DNA of 64,000 nt, from positions 61,938,001 to 62,002,000 of the forward strand of contig OX597831.1 in the NCBI GenBank assembly GCA_951406725.2, given 5' to 3'. The position numbers were made by a program, and so were the translations under genes. Each line of letters starts with the position of its first letter. Position 1 is the first letter of the stretch. Below the pieces are notes generated by a model, which saw only the letters and a program-made list of their open reading frames with translations, was not told the origin of the DNA and made no database searches. The DNA is from Octopus vulgaris. Its lineage: Eukaryota. Below, piece by piece: positions 14,315-29,890 of the stretch.

Positions 14315-14483
14315 GTGTTGAAGTAATTGATCATTAATGATCTGGAAATCAAATACTGTTCTCGCAAAATGAACTGTTGAAACATTTAAGGATGTACCTT
14401 GGTTTTCCCATAATACGACTGTTATTTTCATGCATTATTAATCTTCTCTATAGCTTGTATTAAGAATAGAACCAATATCAACA
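14315..14483. repeat. ~167-bp direct repeat, copy 2
   Basis: Near-identical to 12681-12847. Confidence 0.95.
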
Positions 14484-14714
14484 ACGTATCTTATGACGAG
14501 TCAATGAGGAAGCAGCTATGTGATCGCATCATATACTAGAGATAACATCCAAATCTTCCTCAATCATACATTACAGGCTTGAAATCAATGGGACACACAG
14601 TATAATGTAATGACCGAATAAAGGGTTGGAGGGGTGTATATATAAAATGCGTTCACCATAAATTTGAAACAACAAGGATGATTTAGGAATAAACAACAAC
14701 AGCAAAAGAAACAT

Positions 14715-14915
14715 ATTCTTTCTAGTTTTGGCACAATGCCAGCAATTTGATGGAAATGAACATTCGACTTGGTCAACTGGTATTTTCTTTTATCGGCTCA
14801 GAAAGAATGTAAGGGAAAGTTTTCAGAATTTGAACCTAGAATGTAAGGAACTAGAAGAAATGCCTCTAAGCATTTCGTCCTGTATGCTAACAATTCTGCG
14901 AGCACGCCGCCTTAA
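14715..14915 (-). mobile_element. Old, degenerate SINE family C
   Basis: GAATTTGAACCTAGAATGTAA...AAGCATTTCGTCC...TGCTAAC...CGCCGCC. Confidence 0.6.
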
Positions 14916-16632
14916 TAGCCGCCTAAATATGTGAGTGGCAACTCTGAACTGTATTTCCCATGAATTTTAGAAACGTTTTAGAAAGCCGTACATTCTAATA
15001 ATCAGCTGTGAAATTAGACACTTATTACCAGAGATTGATGGAAGTTATATCAAATTTAATTTGTTAGTGTCAATAGAAAATGCCAAAATTTGAATGGAAT
15101 AGAATTAGTAATGACTTATCAATGATTAATGTCCAGAATAAATAACAAGAAATTGTCTTTCGTTTTATATTCCATTTAGAATATGGTATTATAAAGAACG
15201 ATTCCATTTTTGTTTATGATAAAATTATGGGCGCATAAAGGGATAGTAGATTGAATTAGTTGTAGTTTATATATTTTTCACGGTATAGTCAAAGGAAAAT
15301 GTGCAGTATATTATATTCTGTAGCGGCCTTCTGAAACTAGTTAGGAGAAGGTTCACTGACATTTGGGCTAATACGAAGTAATCGATTTATTTAAATAATC
15401 TAACGGAATGTCAAGGTTGCGCTGTATCTACCAGAAAATAGAGCAGTTTTGCTCGTGGTTTCTCTGAGAGTCAAGCCTGAGGAGTATCAGTCGCCAGTAA
15501 AACTCAGATGGAGAAGTACTTTCAACGCTATTTTCTAACAAACAATGCCACTACGTATGAGACGGCACACTCAAAAGCAGTACATCACGACTGAGAATTA
15601 CCATTCCATCGGAGACATGACCCACGTAATTCGTATTCGTCATCGAAAGTAACCAAAGGTTAAATGATGGCATTAACTAGAGTGACATTCTAGAATTACC
15701 AACTGTGATCTCTTTAATTGTATGTCACAAAGAGTTTAATGAGAGTTTAATGGACTATATTGTGATGACAAACTATATTAGAAAGAGAATATCAACTTCA
15801 GAATCATTTAGTAAATATACGTAACTGATGTTTATACTGCGCTGAAAGAATTCTCTTGTACCAAGATACGTAAATTTTAGTTATCAGTCAATACATAACA
15901 ATGTATAGACTATATATCTCAGTTCTTAAATTCAGCCAGAAATATCAGATTTAAAGGAAATAAATATATTGCCAATATTATTTAACGTATATCAAATCCA
16001 ACGATATTCAAAGACATAACATTTTAGACTTTTGTGAATAGAAACTAACTTACTGCCCGAGAATTTCGCTGTCGCAGTTTCAATACCGTCTTTATTCATG
16101 ATTTAGGAAAGATTATATATATTTTTTCGTAACTTTTGTTTCTTTAAAATTTCATACAACCATTATGAACTTTGGTATAAGCCAAGAATGTTCCTAATCA
16201 CTATACTATTGCAGTCAGAATTAGACCGGATTTATGTACGTATGTATGTATATATGTATGTATGTATGCTGTGTGTGGATATGCATGTATGTCATTATTC
16301 AGTCTTATTTCAAGATTTCTTTTTAATAGAAAAAGAGCCGGTTTCTAACCTAGATCCAAGGTTCCTTCATTGAAATTTCATCGACATCAACAATGTATTT
16401 TTGTATATAAGTATATATAAGTGCAGATTTCTATGTTTTGTTTTATGTATATATTCCCATGCATATATTTGCGTATCTAGACATTCTCATATATACTTAA
16501 ATGATAAAGTTCCTGGAAGTTTTGCAGAATTTTACTGTTCCAGTGATGACTTGGATCTGTAGACCTCGAATCAACTTTCTCCTTTCTGGTTTTGAGAAGC
16601 TTAATTCCTCAAGATTGGTATTTAGGCAGAGT

Positions 16633-16680
16633 ACTACATATCCCAGTGCCCCAACAACTACATATCCCAGTGCCCCAACA
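16633..16680. repeat. Perfect 24-bp tandem duplication
   Basis: ACTACATATCCCAGTGCCCCAACA x2. Confidence 0.9.
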
Positions 16681-19586
16681 ATTACAGATTCTCTGTTCAA
16701 CTTTCTCTGTCAAGGTTAATGGTGACGATCACACGCTACATACTTTCCTTCCAAGACCTGCTGTAAATGGCGGAATTGCGGTAGAACGTTAAAACTTAGT
16801 GCGCATGCACAGCTGAGTCCAAGGTCAATCTGTGCCAAGCAGCCTCACTCTCCGTGCTTTAGCTTCGTAACTATAGCAATAGTTCTGATACTTATTGATC
16901 AGATCACGTACTATACGAATGGTGTGTGTATCTGTGCGTTCGTGCGCGCATGTATATATATATGCGTGTATGTATATGCATGTGGATAGAAACATACATT
17001 TCTAACAATCAATCCAGCCAGCCCTCTATCTATATATCTATCTATCTCATTTTATTCATCGCGTGATGTGCATGCACCAGCTATAACTTTAAATCTGATA
17101 CATTTTTACTGCTTTATAGTTGGGTGCTTATTTAGCCTCCTTTGCTATAATGATATAGGACGTTAAGATTGACAAAATTCCCTGCATTGATCCTTATTAA
17201 AAACTAAAGTATATATTTCCCTTCTCTCTAAAACATTTGAGGCAAGCAGATGGCAACATTTTTACGTTTTATCATCTTAATATTCAATTGGGCGTTTCCT
17301 GGGGTTTCTAAGTAGCCATGCATAGAAATATGTCAGAGTGACATCTTCAGTTTCTTGTATTTTAGCTTTAGAAAAAAATTGCATTCTTTTCATTAATGCC
17401 TCGGGAGTGTGGCGCGTAACGATGGGATATACTGTCACCGAAATACTTGACATTTTCTTCAGATTTTATGAGAATATTTTGCGTATAAACGCTTGGAATT
17501 TTTATTTTATCTGATTGCGTCATCGTGGTTTTTAAAGTTGACAGTTCACGACTTAATGATTTTAGACTGACACTTTTGTTTTCTGCTCTTAATCTTTTCA
17601 TCTTTGTTTTAGCTAGTATCAAATGGCGTTATATTATTTAACGAGACATGATGATTTACTGTATAGTTTAATACTACCCTACTTAAAAGAAAAAAAAATT
17701 ATAAAATAATGTTGTATGTAGTGATATAAGATAGGAAATTAAATATTTCGGATTGGTTTTTATTTTGCGAAGTAATAAAACAAAGAATTGGTTCCTTATG
17801 AAGACGTCTACATTTAAGAGCCGAATCCTGGAAGTGTTTGGATCACAAGAGTTTTGTTATGATTTTGGATGCTAAGTTGCTGAAATATTTGGCTTCGTTG
17901 TAACACGTGGAGGAAGGGAAACAAAACGAGGCATTTGTATATATAGACTTGGAGAGTAAATAAGAAAAAAACAGAGATTATCAGGAATGCCAGAGTAAAT
18001 ATAGATATATATAATGATATAATGAAATTATTGTTTACAGTGCTCAGGTGCACCACAACTGTTTAGGTGCACCACAATATAATTCAAATGGTAAAAAAAA
18101 AGCCATACTTCAGCAAATTTGTTCTGGTGTCAATATGTTTAAAATAATGATATATCTCATGAATTTGTTCAGAAATAAAGTCTAATATATTATGCAATGA
18201 ACAAAGGTTAAATACGCCAGTGATAATGAGAAATTCATAGATAGTTTCTAATTTAAGCAGAGTACAAACCCTATTTAGCATTTTGCTAGAAATAACATTT
18301 CATTTCTTTTGTTCGTAAACAAGATGATGCTTTTTCAAATACTGTGTCTCCTTGAGATTCGAAGTCATCCCAATTATATGTGATTCTCGTACATTGTTTA
18401 CGTATCTCTTCAAAATTTGCTGAGTTAAATTACGGTTATTTAATGATAATTTCAAAAACATTGAAACATCAAAGAAATTTCCCAAACATATTTAAGTAGA
18501 CATCTCTAAGAAACGTAAAAAAAATATATTGAACTATAATTTAGGAACACCTGGTATATTTCCAAATTATTAATTACAAATATAGAATATATTAAATAAT
18601 GCAAGCCATGAAGCCGCTGAAATCACGACATAAACATAGCATAGAATGTCTATGCCTGGAATATATTTTGAAAATATTACAGTATCGACGCCTAAATGTG
18701 TAGCGTCATACACCATATTTAGATTTCCAAGGTACGATTCCATTTCATATACATGATTTTGTTGTGTTTCTCATAACGCGATTTTGTTATGTTTCTCACA
18801 ACGCCGGGTTCGAATTTGCTTTTCTTCCTTCCGAAGGTTGATAAAATAAGTACCTGTTGAACACTGGGTCGATGTGTATTCAGAACATAATGTGTAGTAA
18901 TTAAATAGCACGCGGTTATTTCACCTGAATTTGCTAGCCGTCTTCCAAAATTTGAAATCAATAATTGTTTTATTGATTTTTTTTGTTTTTTGTAAATACA
19001 CAAGTCTAGGGAGTTCTTCGAGAACATCGACCACATTATTTGCCTAACACGTTATTTTATCCAACCGAAAAAAAGCTTTGAGGCAAAATGGGATTCAGAA
19101 AGCCTGAACCAACACGGCTTCTTGTTTACTTTATTTGGTGCTGTAACGATTAGGCCAAATCCCTACCCGTCGATTATTTGATAATGGTTTTCTTTTCTAA
19201 CATAGTTACATGCCCAAATAAAGTGGTGTAATTGATTAAATAGATCCAAAGGTTTATCGAAACCATGCAATGAAAGTTAAAATGGAGCTTTTCAATGGAG
19301 ATAATGCAATATATTTTAACCATTTTATTCATTAACTCAGTCCACCAACCTCGTAATGAATTGCCAGCCTCGCAGTGAATTGCCAAAATGCTGCGTGCTA
19401 TTTAATTACCACCCATTATGTTCTGAATACAAATCAATCCAAAATCATCTTTAGTCTTTATCCTTTCGGGAGTGTGAGGGTCTATTAAGTAAAGTAACAT
19501 TATACACTGGAACAATTTAATTGAATATTTTCTACCTATAAGTAATCTTCTGATTTGGAAAAAAGTTAATTATTAAGCGTAATGTA

Positions 19587-19800
19587 AGGCGGTGATCTGG
19601 CAGAGTCGTTAGCACGCCGGGTAAAATGCTTCACAATATTTCGTCCGTTATCACATTCTGGGATCAAGTTCCACCGTGGTCGGCTTTGCCTTTCTTTCTC
19701 TCAGGGTCGATAAAATAAGTAGCACTTGAGCACTGGGGTCTATGCAATCAACTTACCCCCATCGGGATAGCTGACCTTGTAGCACAATTTGAAACCAATA
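19587..19800 (+). mobile_element. SINE family C, older variant
   Basis: GGCGGTGATCTGGCAGAGTCGTTAGCACGCCGG head; GGGTCGATAAAATAAGTA core. Confidence 0.75.
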
Positions 19801-19904
19801 ATAGATGCAATGTGTTTATAAATAAGTATTTTCAGTCGCTCACAATTGATGAAGATTCTACAATATGAATCTACCTAGAATTGCAAAATCTTCCTCATAT
19901 TACA

Positions 19905-20186
19905 CGTCTTTTGTCGAACCGATATGTTACGGGGACGTAAACACACCGCCATCGGTTGTCAAGCGATATTGGGGGGACAACGACAGACACACAAACATAT
20001 ACATATATATATACATATATACGACGGACTTTTTTCAGTTTCCGTCTACCAGACCCACTCACAAGGCTTTGGTCGACCCGAGGCTATAGAAGAAGACACT
20101 TGCCCAAGGTTCCACGCAGGGGGACTGAAACCGGAACTGTGTGGTTGGTAAGCAAGCTAATTACCACACAGCCACTCCTGCACCTA
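19905..20186 (-). mobile_element. SINE family B, partial
   Basis: Ends TTACCACACAGCCACTCCTGCACC (reverse-complement head); internal microsatellite. Confidence 0.85.
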
Positions 20187-20269
20187 TGCAGAGTATTAAT
20201 CTACGACTAATGGAGTGAGTTGTGAGAAATAACTCGTGATTGCTTTACTCAAAATAAAACGAGAATTAA

Positions 20270-20371
20270 TAAAATATAGTGTCTTGTTCAACACACAACC
20301 CGGTCAGCGAACCGAACTCACTACCTCAGGATTGTGAGCCCGACGTTCTAACCACTGTGCCATACGCCTCA
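20270..20371 (-). mobile_element. SINE family A-like tRNA head fragment
   Basis: Reverse complement GAGGCGTATGGCACAGTGGTTAGAACG...GAGTTCGGTTCGCTGACCGGG. Confidence 0.6.
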
Positions 20372-21149
20372 CGCCGACCTATATGCGCAGTAGAAAGTCG
20401 TCAATTCACACAGTTCGTCTTCCACAAAGTATTACTTTGTTACTGGTAATTAAGCTTATCTTTCGGTAAGAATAGATGTCGTGAAAGTGAATGAAGGAAA
20501 CAGAATGTTGACAGTGCGTCATTACTAAGACTGTGCCAGATAAAGGCTGTCGTATTAATGTGATAAGGATTCAGTTGAAACATTTTATCCATCATGTCTA
20601 ATACTACGTCTTCATATAAGCAGTGTTTACAATTTCAGTTCTTCCAAAATATTTCACTTAAATCAAACGCTTTAATAAGTCGTTAACGTTTTATGGCTAT
20701 TAAAGTATTTGTACAAAATGTAAATTTAAAAAAAAATATTTATATTAGTATAAAAACTATTCTTCATATATTCACATCAGCAGAGAGAGTGTGTGTGTAT
20801 AGGTGTTTGGTTTACATGGTTGAAGTTTGCCTTTATTCGTTCTGAAGATTTTATAATAAAATAGTTGTGTCATTTATTTCGATGAAAATACAGTAAATGT
20901 AAAATATTACGACATTAATATAGTTGTATTTTATCCCTGGCCTATACAATAGCATTAGAAAACATTTAATTATTATAGAAATTACATTAAAATATATTTT
21001 ATTGCAACAAAAAGAAAAAAAAGTCTATCTCCATACTCTCTGTTTAAAAATTTACCATATCTACGGATAAAAAGTGACGTCGTTAACAGTCAAGTATATG
21101 ATATCGATGCTTTGGTGTGTGTCAGTCGTCTTAGTTTGGATTCTAAACA

Positions 21150-21850
21150 ATGTGAAATTAGAAGAGACTCTAAGCAAATGTCTACTGGTATTTTGCGTTG
21201 TGAGAATTACGATTCATATTTATCAGTCATGTTGATCCACTGCATACTAGAGGCCATCAAGGTACTAAATAATCCAAACACGCCGCGCCATCTCGTAACC
21301 GTGGTCCATGTTAGACTTATTTATGTTGCGGCACGCTGCAAGAACGTCTATACAGCTGGAGGAGGTAGAATAAAAATAGGCCGATGGTACGAATTCATAC
21401 GTAGAACGGCGTATGATGCCTTTAATTTTCACTGGATTTTTAGCTTACTGTCAAACAGTATCGTTGAAAATAACGTTGCAAGTACAATTTACATTGAGCT
21501 TGTCCTGATATCCTGAATTGAGATAGTGTGGTACACTTCATTACAAAAGCAAAAATTAGCCTGAGTGCTTACTAGGTCATCAGACGTTGAAATGCGACCC
21601 CATAGAGCGGGAAACATCGTCAAAAACTACCTGTCCGAATAGGCCAATATGATATCGCCTGCAGCGGTGGGCATGCTTGATGTTCCTTAGGAAAGATTTG
21701 CCAATATATTGACCGTACCCATCTATTTTATTTCTCAAGGGTATGGGCATGTTTAACACATCTAAAAAAATTCCCCATCGAACTTCAGGAGAAAGCAAAG
21801 AATACATACGGGTAGATGAACTTTGAGATGTTTGGCAGTATATATAGTTG
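21150..21850 (-). pseudogene. Decayed PLE linker and GIY-YIG region
   Basis: QYIGKSFLRNIKH (PLE TNIGK.FL.LI.KHF), NCTCN, EMARRVW, DICLE in collinear order. Confidence 0.55.
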
Positions 21851-23079
21851 TTTTACATCATCCTTGCAGGCCGATGTTGACTGGTTGACCTCGAAACGTT
21901 GCAGCATTCGTTAGGGGTTTTTTTTTGTCGTTGAACAGCAAGTTTTTTTTTTCCTGAGCGAGTCGACTGAAAACTCGTATCTACGTATGACATATTTCCG
22001 TCATTTTATTTATGGTAATTAAAATGACCGAGAAAAATGTCACGTTCATGGTTGGAAGGATTGCCTTCGGTAACAATGTTTGTTAGGAGATTGGCTGAAG
22101 CAACTATCCACTGCCCTTAGTGGTGTGCAGTGAAGCGCTGTGTTTAAGATTTCATTGTCACAATATATCCATATTACTGTTGTTAAACGGGAAGTTTTAT
22201 GAGCAGTTTTCAACCATCTTTGTCAGTGGTAACAGACAGATGATCAACAGGGAATGGGTTGTTAAGGTTTCATAATGAGCCTCTGTTAGAAATTTGGATA
22301 TGAATTTTGAGAATTGTGTCATTCGATAGAAGCATTCACATCAGGCAGAAATGTCTCCTTCATTAAAGTAACAGGCGTCATAGAAATAGCTGTGTTCTTA
22401 ACGTTTTTGCTTCACAACTCATTCTTCTAAGTATGATCTCACTACGTAGGACTTTGGTTATGCGTTTTTTTATTAGAGTTCTTCGTTGATTCTTACATCA
22501 TGAGCACAGTTTCACTGAGATTAAAACCACTACATATACTGGATATAATGAATTAAATTTCTCTTTATTTATTAACAGTGGGAGGCAAAATAGTTGGATC
22601 CAGTAATTAGAAGTTCAGAATTTGAAAAACCGGATTAATCGTAAGCACTGAACAAACAAAATGATTCAATGCACAACTCAAGGGTTATCAGTATTAGCAA
22701 TCCGTCTGCTGATAATATTTGCAGTAATAATAGCCACGAAGGAAAGTCGATATTAGTAATTTATCAACAGATCAAATCTCGTCTGTGTCTGTCTGCAAGG
22801 TTTCAATTTAAGACAATTATTGACGTCACAAAATCACGTGTTTATCTCTTCACATACTTGTATCTAGCTTCATTTCCAAGAACTGTTTTAATATATTACT
22901 GCCATTTAAAACGTAATTTTATTGGAAACTTATTTAATCAACAGTTTTTTATAAAGTACAAGATACATACTTTTATACATCTTCTTATCAGTATCATTAC
23001 TATTTGTTGTTTGTCTTTAAGTTAACATACAAACCGAATATCATAGTATTCCTAATATGAACTTACGGTTTAATACTGG

Positions 23080-23290
23080 CTGCAAATTTTGGTACAAACC
23101 AACCATTTCAGGGGAGTGGTAAATCGATTGCATGGTCTCCAGTGCCCAACTGGTTCTTATTTTATCGATTCCAAAAGAAAAAAAAGGCAAAGTCAGTTTC
23201 AGCAAATATTGAACTTAGAACGTAAAGATTTAGAATATAAATATACTAAGCATTTTTCTCGGTGTGCTAACGATTCTGCCAGTTCGTCAC
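23080..23290 (-). mobile_element. SINE family C, degenerate
   Basis: GGTGTGCTAACGATTCTGCCAGTTCGTCAC head (reverse complement). Confidence 0.65.
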
Positions 23291-23329
23291 TTACACACGG
23301 TTTAATACTAAGGCAATACATGTAGACAA

Positions 23330-23735
23330 GCGTAATCCGGAAAGGCAAAATATGGGGGATACTTCGGGCTCTATCTAAAGGAGGAGATGTATCTGTGGTG
23401 CCATGTTCAGTGGAGGAAGGATCACTCCATATAGGAAGGGATTTATTGGGATTTTTATAGCCGGCGCGGAGTAGGGTGCAATTGTAATATTCAGCGTATT
23501 GCTCGAATATTTCTTTATTGGAGGATAAGAATAAGATCCTATATGATACGCTATTCATAATGGCGTTTAGAACAGCTGCAGTGTGGGTGAATTGGGGACA
23601 AGTTAACGTATTAAGGTTCTCCCGGAGTTTATGGCACGGATACAATGTGTTGTTTTGTAATATTAATACTGGTCCTAAAAGGGACGCTAAAGCCCCCGCT
23701 TTTTGTAGAAGTATCTAATTCTTTTCCTGTCCAGG
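23330..23735 (-). pseudogene. Decayed PLE reverse-transcriptase C-terminal (thumb) region
   Basis: ORF 23199-23645 contains RILFLSSNKEIFEQYAEYYNCTLLRAGY, matching PLE RT LSS.EEIF....YY..AL...GY; collinear with 21150-21850. Confidence 0.7.
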
Positions 23736-23739
23736 TAGT

Positions 23740-23928
23740 ACGTCGGACGAAACGTTTAGTAGCATTTCGCCCCTTTTAACGTTCTGAATTCAAATTCTGC
23801 CGAGACGTCTTTGTCATTCATTCCTTTCGGTGTCGATAAAATAAGTACCAGATAAACATTGGAGCCGATATAATCGAATTATCCCCTCTGCTGAACTTGC
23901 TGGCCTTGAGCCACAAATTGAAACCATT
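23740..23928 (+). mobile_element. SINE family C, degenerate
   Basis: GTTCTGAATTCAAATTCTGCCGAG...GTCGATAAAATAAGTACCAG. Confidence 0.7.
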
Positions 23929-24231
<303 letters not shown>

Positions 24232-25616
24232 TTTCATCTATGTATGCATATATATATCTACCTCAATTGCGAAATCATCTTATGTACTACACCAACCCCC
24301 TTTTTCATTACTCAATTATAATAAAAAAAAGAACAAAATATCATAATTCATTTTTGTATGTAAGTAGTAAAGATATATAATTTAATCGCATATATGCTAC
24401 TTTTTTTTTTATTTATTTTACTTTTCCTTTTTTTTTACAACTGTGTTTATTTGTACGAGGTTGTGTATGTCTCTCTTTCTCTCTGTGTGAGAAGATCCTG
24501 TTTGCAAACTACGTATGCTTCTGTCTTTCGATTATTATATACGTCAGTTGCTGCTTGTTCTTTTTATCAATCACTCAGCCACTTAAGTGAAGAACAACAC
24601 ACTGTAAATACAAACATCGGGTGAATACAGAGAATAATGGCAGCTCGATGTGATTCCATCATAATTTCGATTGCCATTAGATGCATCGGTATTGTACGTC
24701 TCCTAGCCATTAACTATCTGCTTTGTATTGCGTCGCATTTTCATTTTAGTAACTTACACCCACTGTTATTTCTTTGTTAGGATCGAAATTAGCCACTTAA
24801 TAAAGATGAATTCAGCAAGCAAATTATTCATAGGAGTAGCTTTTTCAACGGTTCGTCTTTCAATATTAGCACACTATAAGTCTCGGGCTTTGAAGTAAAT
24901 GCGATATAGATCATTAAGTAAGTGAACCATTGACTGAGAAATTTATTTTGTTAGCATCTGTGGAATCAATTGATGAATGGGGACACAAACATTCAAAATA
25001 TACATGTTCACTCATGTAGAAATATTGATATATATATATATACACAGGCACACGCCATCATTTGCACTTATCTATGTGAATGTTGACGTCATATAATTGG
25101 ACGTGATGAGAGGCTGCAGAGTACAGTTATATGTTTTTATATTCGAATGTTATTCTACTTTTGTAACACCATGATTTTAGCTTGTTTACCTATGTTTAGA
25201 ATTGATGTCTTGTTGAACATAATGAAGGAGAGGTTGGTAATGAAATATCATGAGCATAATTTGATAACTGTTTGGATATAGTGTTTGGTGATACTCATGC
25301 TAAACGAGAGATATTGCTACAAATTTTAGAAATCTCGCTAAAACGAATATATATATTTAGCTGTATTCAATATAGGTGTATAAACGAATTTATGTGTTGT
25401 TTTAAAGGAATAATTGATGGGATATACGGTGTAAAAATAGAATTAAATCAATTTCAGTTATCAAATACACTTAAGCTAACATGGAATAGATCCGCATCTA
25501 AATCTGGTAATTTTGTTTCTCGCTTATTTAAACACTTGTGCGGTTTATTACTCTAATGTAAGCTTTGCTTCGTTCGTAAGGAAAAGAAAACTGGGGAGGA
25601 CAAACACACAGACGCA

Positions 25617-25678
<62 letters not shown>

Positions 25679-26067
25679 CACACACATTGTAAAACCTTAC
25701 ATTGTGTTTCACGGGGAGTCTTGTAAATACCAAAACCAAAAAGTGACGCCATATAATTCGAAACTAATCAAATCTATTCTGCTTTACTAGAAAGTACTTG
25801 TTGCTCTTTTCGTAGTTCTGGATTCTCAGACAATCTTTCAGGCTTCGTTCACAATGCAGTGGTGGTGTGTTAGCACACTACCGCATTGTTCTTTAAATTC
25901 CTTTTATCGTTTAATTTGCTAGCTTGCACTCAAAGCGCCCAAACACTCTTTATCTTCTTTACGCACAGACGTGAAAGAAACCAAAAGAACTCAATGTTAG
26001 ATTCATCACTTTCACGGTAATTAAGTTCTCTCTACTCTATAACATTCAACACGTTGTATATCAATGC

Positions 26068-26554
<487 letters not shown>

Positions 26555-27625
26555 ATATGTTTTGCAAGATTTTAGTCATTCTCGGGGATTTTTCACTATG
26601 GGGATTGTTATTTCCATTTGATTTTTGAAATTTTTATCGCATTGCCAGATAAGCGCAGTTTTATACATCTTGGGTGCATGCAGTGTTTGTCTGGCTTTTC
26701 ATTGTCAATGCTATTGATAATACACTCTGCATTTCTCTATGTAATTCTCTATGTTGTGCATATGCATATATCATAGTGTTATTATATTTTAATTTTCTGC
26801 AGTTTTTTTAAAAATTTTTTCTCAGTCCATTTCTCAGTAAAATCCCATCTGTTGAAGTGTATTAAGGGGTCATTTGGCAATTGCATCCTACACACTGTTA
26901 ATCTATTTCAAAATACTAATATGTGGATAATTCCCCTATTGTAGACTACGGCAACTGATAATCGATTAAGATGTAGTTCTTCTAATTATCCGTAAAACTT
27001 ATCAGGCAGTTTAACTTTTAATTCCTTTATGTGGATTAAGATATCTCATGGAATGATTGTTTTAACCTTCACTGAATTATTTCTGAAATTAAAAAAAAAA
27101 AGTGTAAGAAGGACACAGGAGTAGGATGGCAAAACCTGCAAGGCGTTAGGCTCTGAGAAAGCTATCCCTAGCATGCTTTTATATCGTCTCAGCGTTGTAG
27201 AACTCCTTTGTGTTGCGATTTACTTTAATAAAAAGCTGACTAGCCTCTCCTTTCTTGTGGAAAGTTTCAGCTTGGTATGCACAGGCACGTGCATCCGGTG
27301 AAAGCAAACACTTGAGATTCCTTATGTGGAAGGCGAACATATAGTGTGATCGCCTTTCGTGCGGCAAGTTTTATAACAAGTTTTTTCTTTCACTAAGCTG
27401 CAGTCGTGCGTCAAACGCAGTTAGAATGCCTTATACATCTGGGATATCAACAGAAGCGCAGTGCACATTGTCAAATAGATTCTAAGTTCTGTGGTACGTT
27501 AGCAACGGGTCTCTTTGGAAAAATCTCCTCTTTTTTATGGGAATAGTGTTGGTTTTCTTGGTCATTCTCCATTTTTCTGTATTTAATTTCCTAATTTCTT
27601 CAAGCATGAGAAAACAACAAAAGCG

Positions 27626-27741
27626 CATCATCATCATCCTCCTCATCATCATCTTCATCATCGTCATCATCATCATCATCTTCATCATCGTCATCATCAT
27701 CGTCATCGTCGTCATCGTCATCATCATCATCATCACCATCG

Positions 27742-27791
<50 letters not shown>

Positions 27792-27819
27792 GTCATCATC
27801 ATCATCGTCATCACCATCG

Positions 27820-27857
<38 letters not shown>

Positions 27858-27898
27858 GTCATCGTCATCATCATCATCATCATAATCATCACCACCAC

Positions 27899-27949
<51 letters not shown>

Positions 27950-27984
27950 CATCACCACCACCACCACCACCACAACCACCACCA
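27626..27984. repeat. Imperfect (ATC)n/(ACC)n trinucleotide tract
   Basis: Direct reading. Confidence 0.95.
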
Positions 27985-28105
27985 TGTTTCCAGTGTTTTT
28001 ATTGCTTTGTTTTACATGAGCTGTTCCAAGTTAGACGTTTTACTGTAACATATTTATAAGCAGCTTTGGTGTGTTTTAAGGAAAGAAGACCAAATACTGA
28101 GACGT

Positions 28106-28309
28106 ATACTCTTTTACTTGTTTCAGTCATTTGACTGCGGCCATGCTGGAGCACCGCCTTTAGTCGAGCAAATCGACCCCGGGACTTATTCTTTGGAAGC
28201 CCAGTACTTATTCTATCGGCCCTTTTTGCCGAACCGCTAAGTGACGGGGACGTAAACACACCAGCATCGGTTGTCAAGCAATGCTAGGGGGACAAACACA
28301 GACACACAA

Positions 28310-28342
<33 letters not shown>

Positions 28343-28519
28343 CATACATATATACGACAGGCTTCTTTCAGTTTCCGTCTACCAAATCCACTCACAAGGC
28401 ATTGGTCGGCTCGGGGCTATAGCAGAAGACACTTGCCCAAGATGCCACGCAGTGGGACTGAACCCGGAACCATGAGGTTGGTTAGCAAGCTACTTACCAC
28501 ACAGCCACTCCTGCGCCTA
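28106..28519 (-). mobile_element. SINE family B, full length
   Basis: As 26068-26554. Confidence 0.9.
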
Positions 28520-29447
28520 TGACTTCATTAAAAGTTATTTTGTAATATTTGTGCTTTTGAAAGTTTTTTTTAAGTTCCTTTCTATTTGATTTTTTCTATG
28601 CGATTTGTAAACACGTATCTATGTCTTTGTGTTGATATGTATGCTGTTAATTCTAGGCTTTGTGCGAGCAATATTTCTGTGTTGTGCCATTATTACATGT
28701 TCATGTATACTGGTTTCTCGAAATTAGCTTTAGAATAGTGACAGGTAGGGAGAGAAAAGGAAATAAATAGAAACACAGTCAACCAGACATACAGACAGAA
28801 AAAGGAGTAGAGATGCATACATATCATTAATTTATAAATAAATTTAGTTTAATGTCACAAGGAACGAAGAGATAATTACATAGGGGACAGGATTAAAATT
28901 TCCAATATGTTGTTGCTGTTTGCTTTTTCAGAGCGAAAGCCAATATTGGTGTCATTTATTAGCAAGGTCGATGTAGGTTTAAAATATGTGACAGATGTAA
29001 TAGGAGTTATTAATGAATGCTATTTTCAAATGTGGTGGTAGATTTGGTAGCTAAAAATGGTACCATACTGGCTAACTCGCTGTTTCAATTCACCTCCACG
29101 AACAAATGAATAAATTGACAATTAAATATAAGCATTTAATGCGATGTTTAGAATATATACTGGGTGCAATGTGACGGGTAACAGAATCGATAGCGCCCAG
29201 TCCAAATTATCTAGTGGCATTTCTGCGGGGTCAGCTTTGCCATTCATCCATTTTGGGAACGATAAAGTAAGTATCAACTTACTTCCTTCCCGAACCAGCT
29301 GACTTTGTGCCAAAATTTGAAACAAATATTTACTTGGTGTATTTTGCTGTGGTATAAATAGTGTCGGAGGTGTTTAACTGTTTTACAGCGAATAAATAAA
29401 ATCGACTACTTTGTTTCAATTTCTAACTGTATTTATCATCACCGACA

Positions 29448-29612
29448 AGCACGGCTGTGTGGCAATTAGCTTGCTAACCAGGCACATGGTTCCGCGTTGA
29501 GTCCCACTTCGTGGAAACTTGGGCAAGTGTCTTCTACTATAGCCTTAGGCCGACCAAGCCCTTGTGAGTAGATTTGGTAGACGGAAACTGAAAGAAGCAT
29601 GTCGTATATATG

Positions 29613-29655
<43 letters not shown>

Positions 29656-29890
29656 ATGTATGTGTGTCGGTCTGTCTGTCTCTGTAAGTTTATGTTTGAG
29701 TGTCTGTGTTCGTCTCCCTCCACTATCGCTTGACCACTGATGTTTGGGTATTTATGTGCCCTATCTTAGCGGTTCAGCAGAAGAGACTGAGAGAATAAGT
29801 ACAAAGAATAAGTCCTGGGGGTTCGACTAATGATGGTCCTTCAGCATGTCCGCAGTCAAATGACTGAAACAAAAATAAGAATAAAAGAAT
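29448..29890 (+). mobile_element. SINE family B, diverged
   Basis: GGCTGTGTGGCAATTAGCTTGC head; CAGCATGTCCGCAGTCAAATGACTGAAAC tail. Confidence 0.85.

Noticed and set aside
17368-17622. 84-aa non-repetitive ORF as a possible host exon
   Set aside because: No recognisable domain, no convincing splice signals, length within chance range
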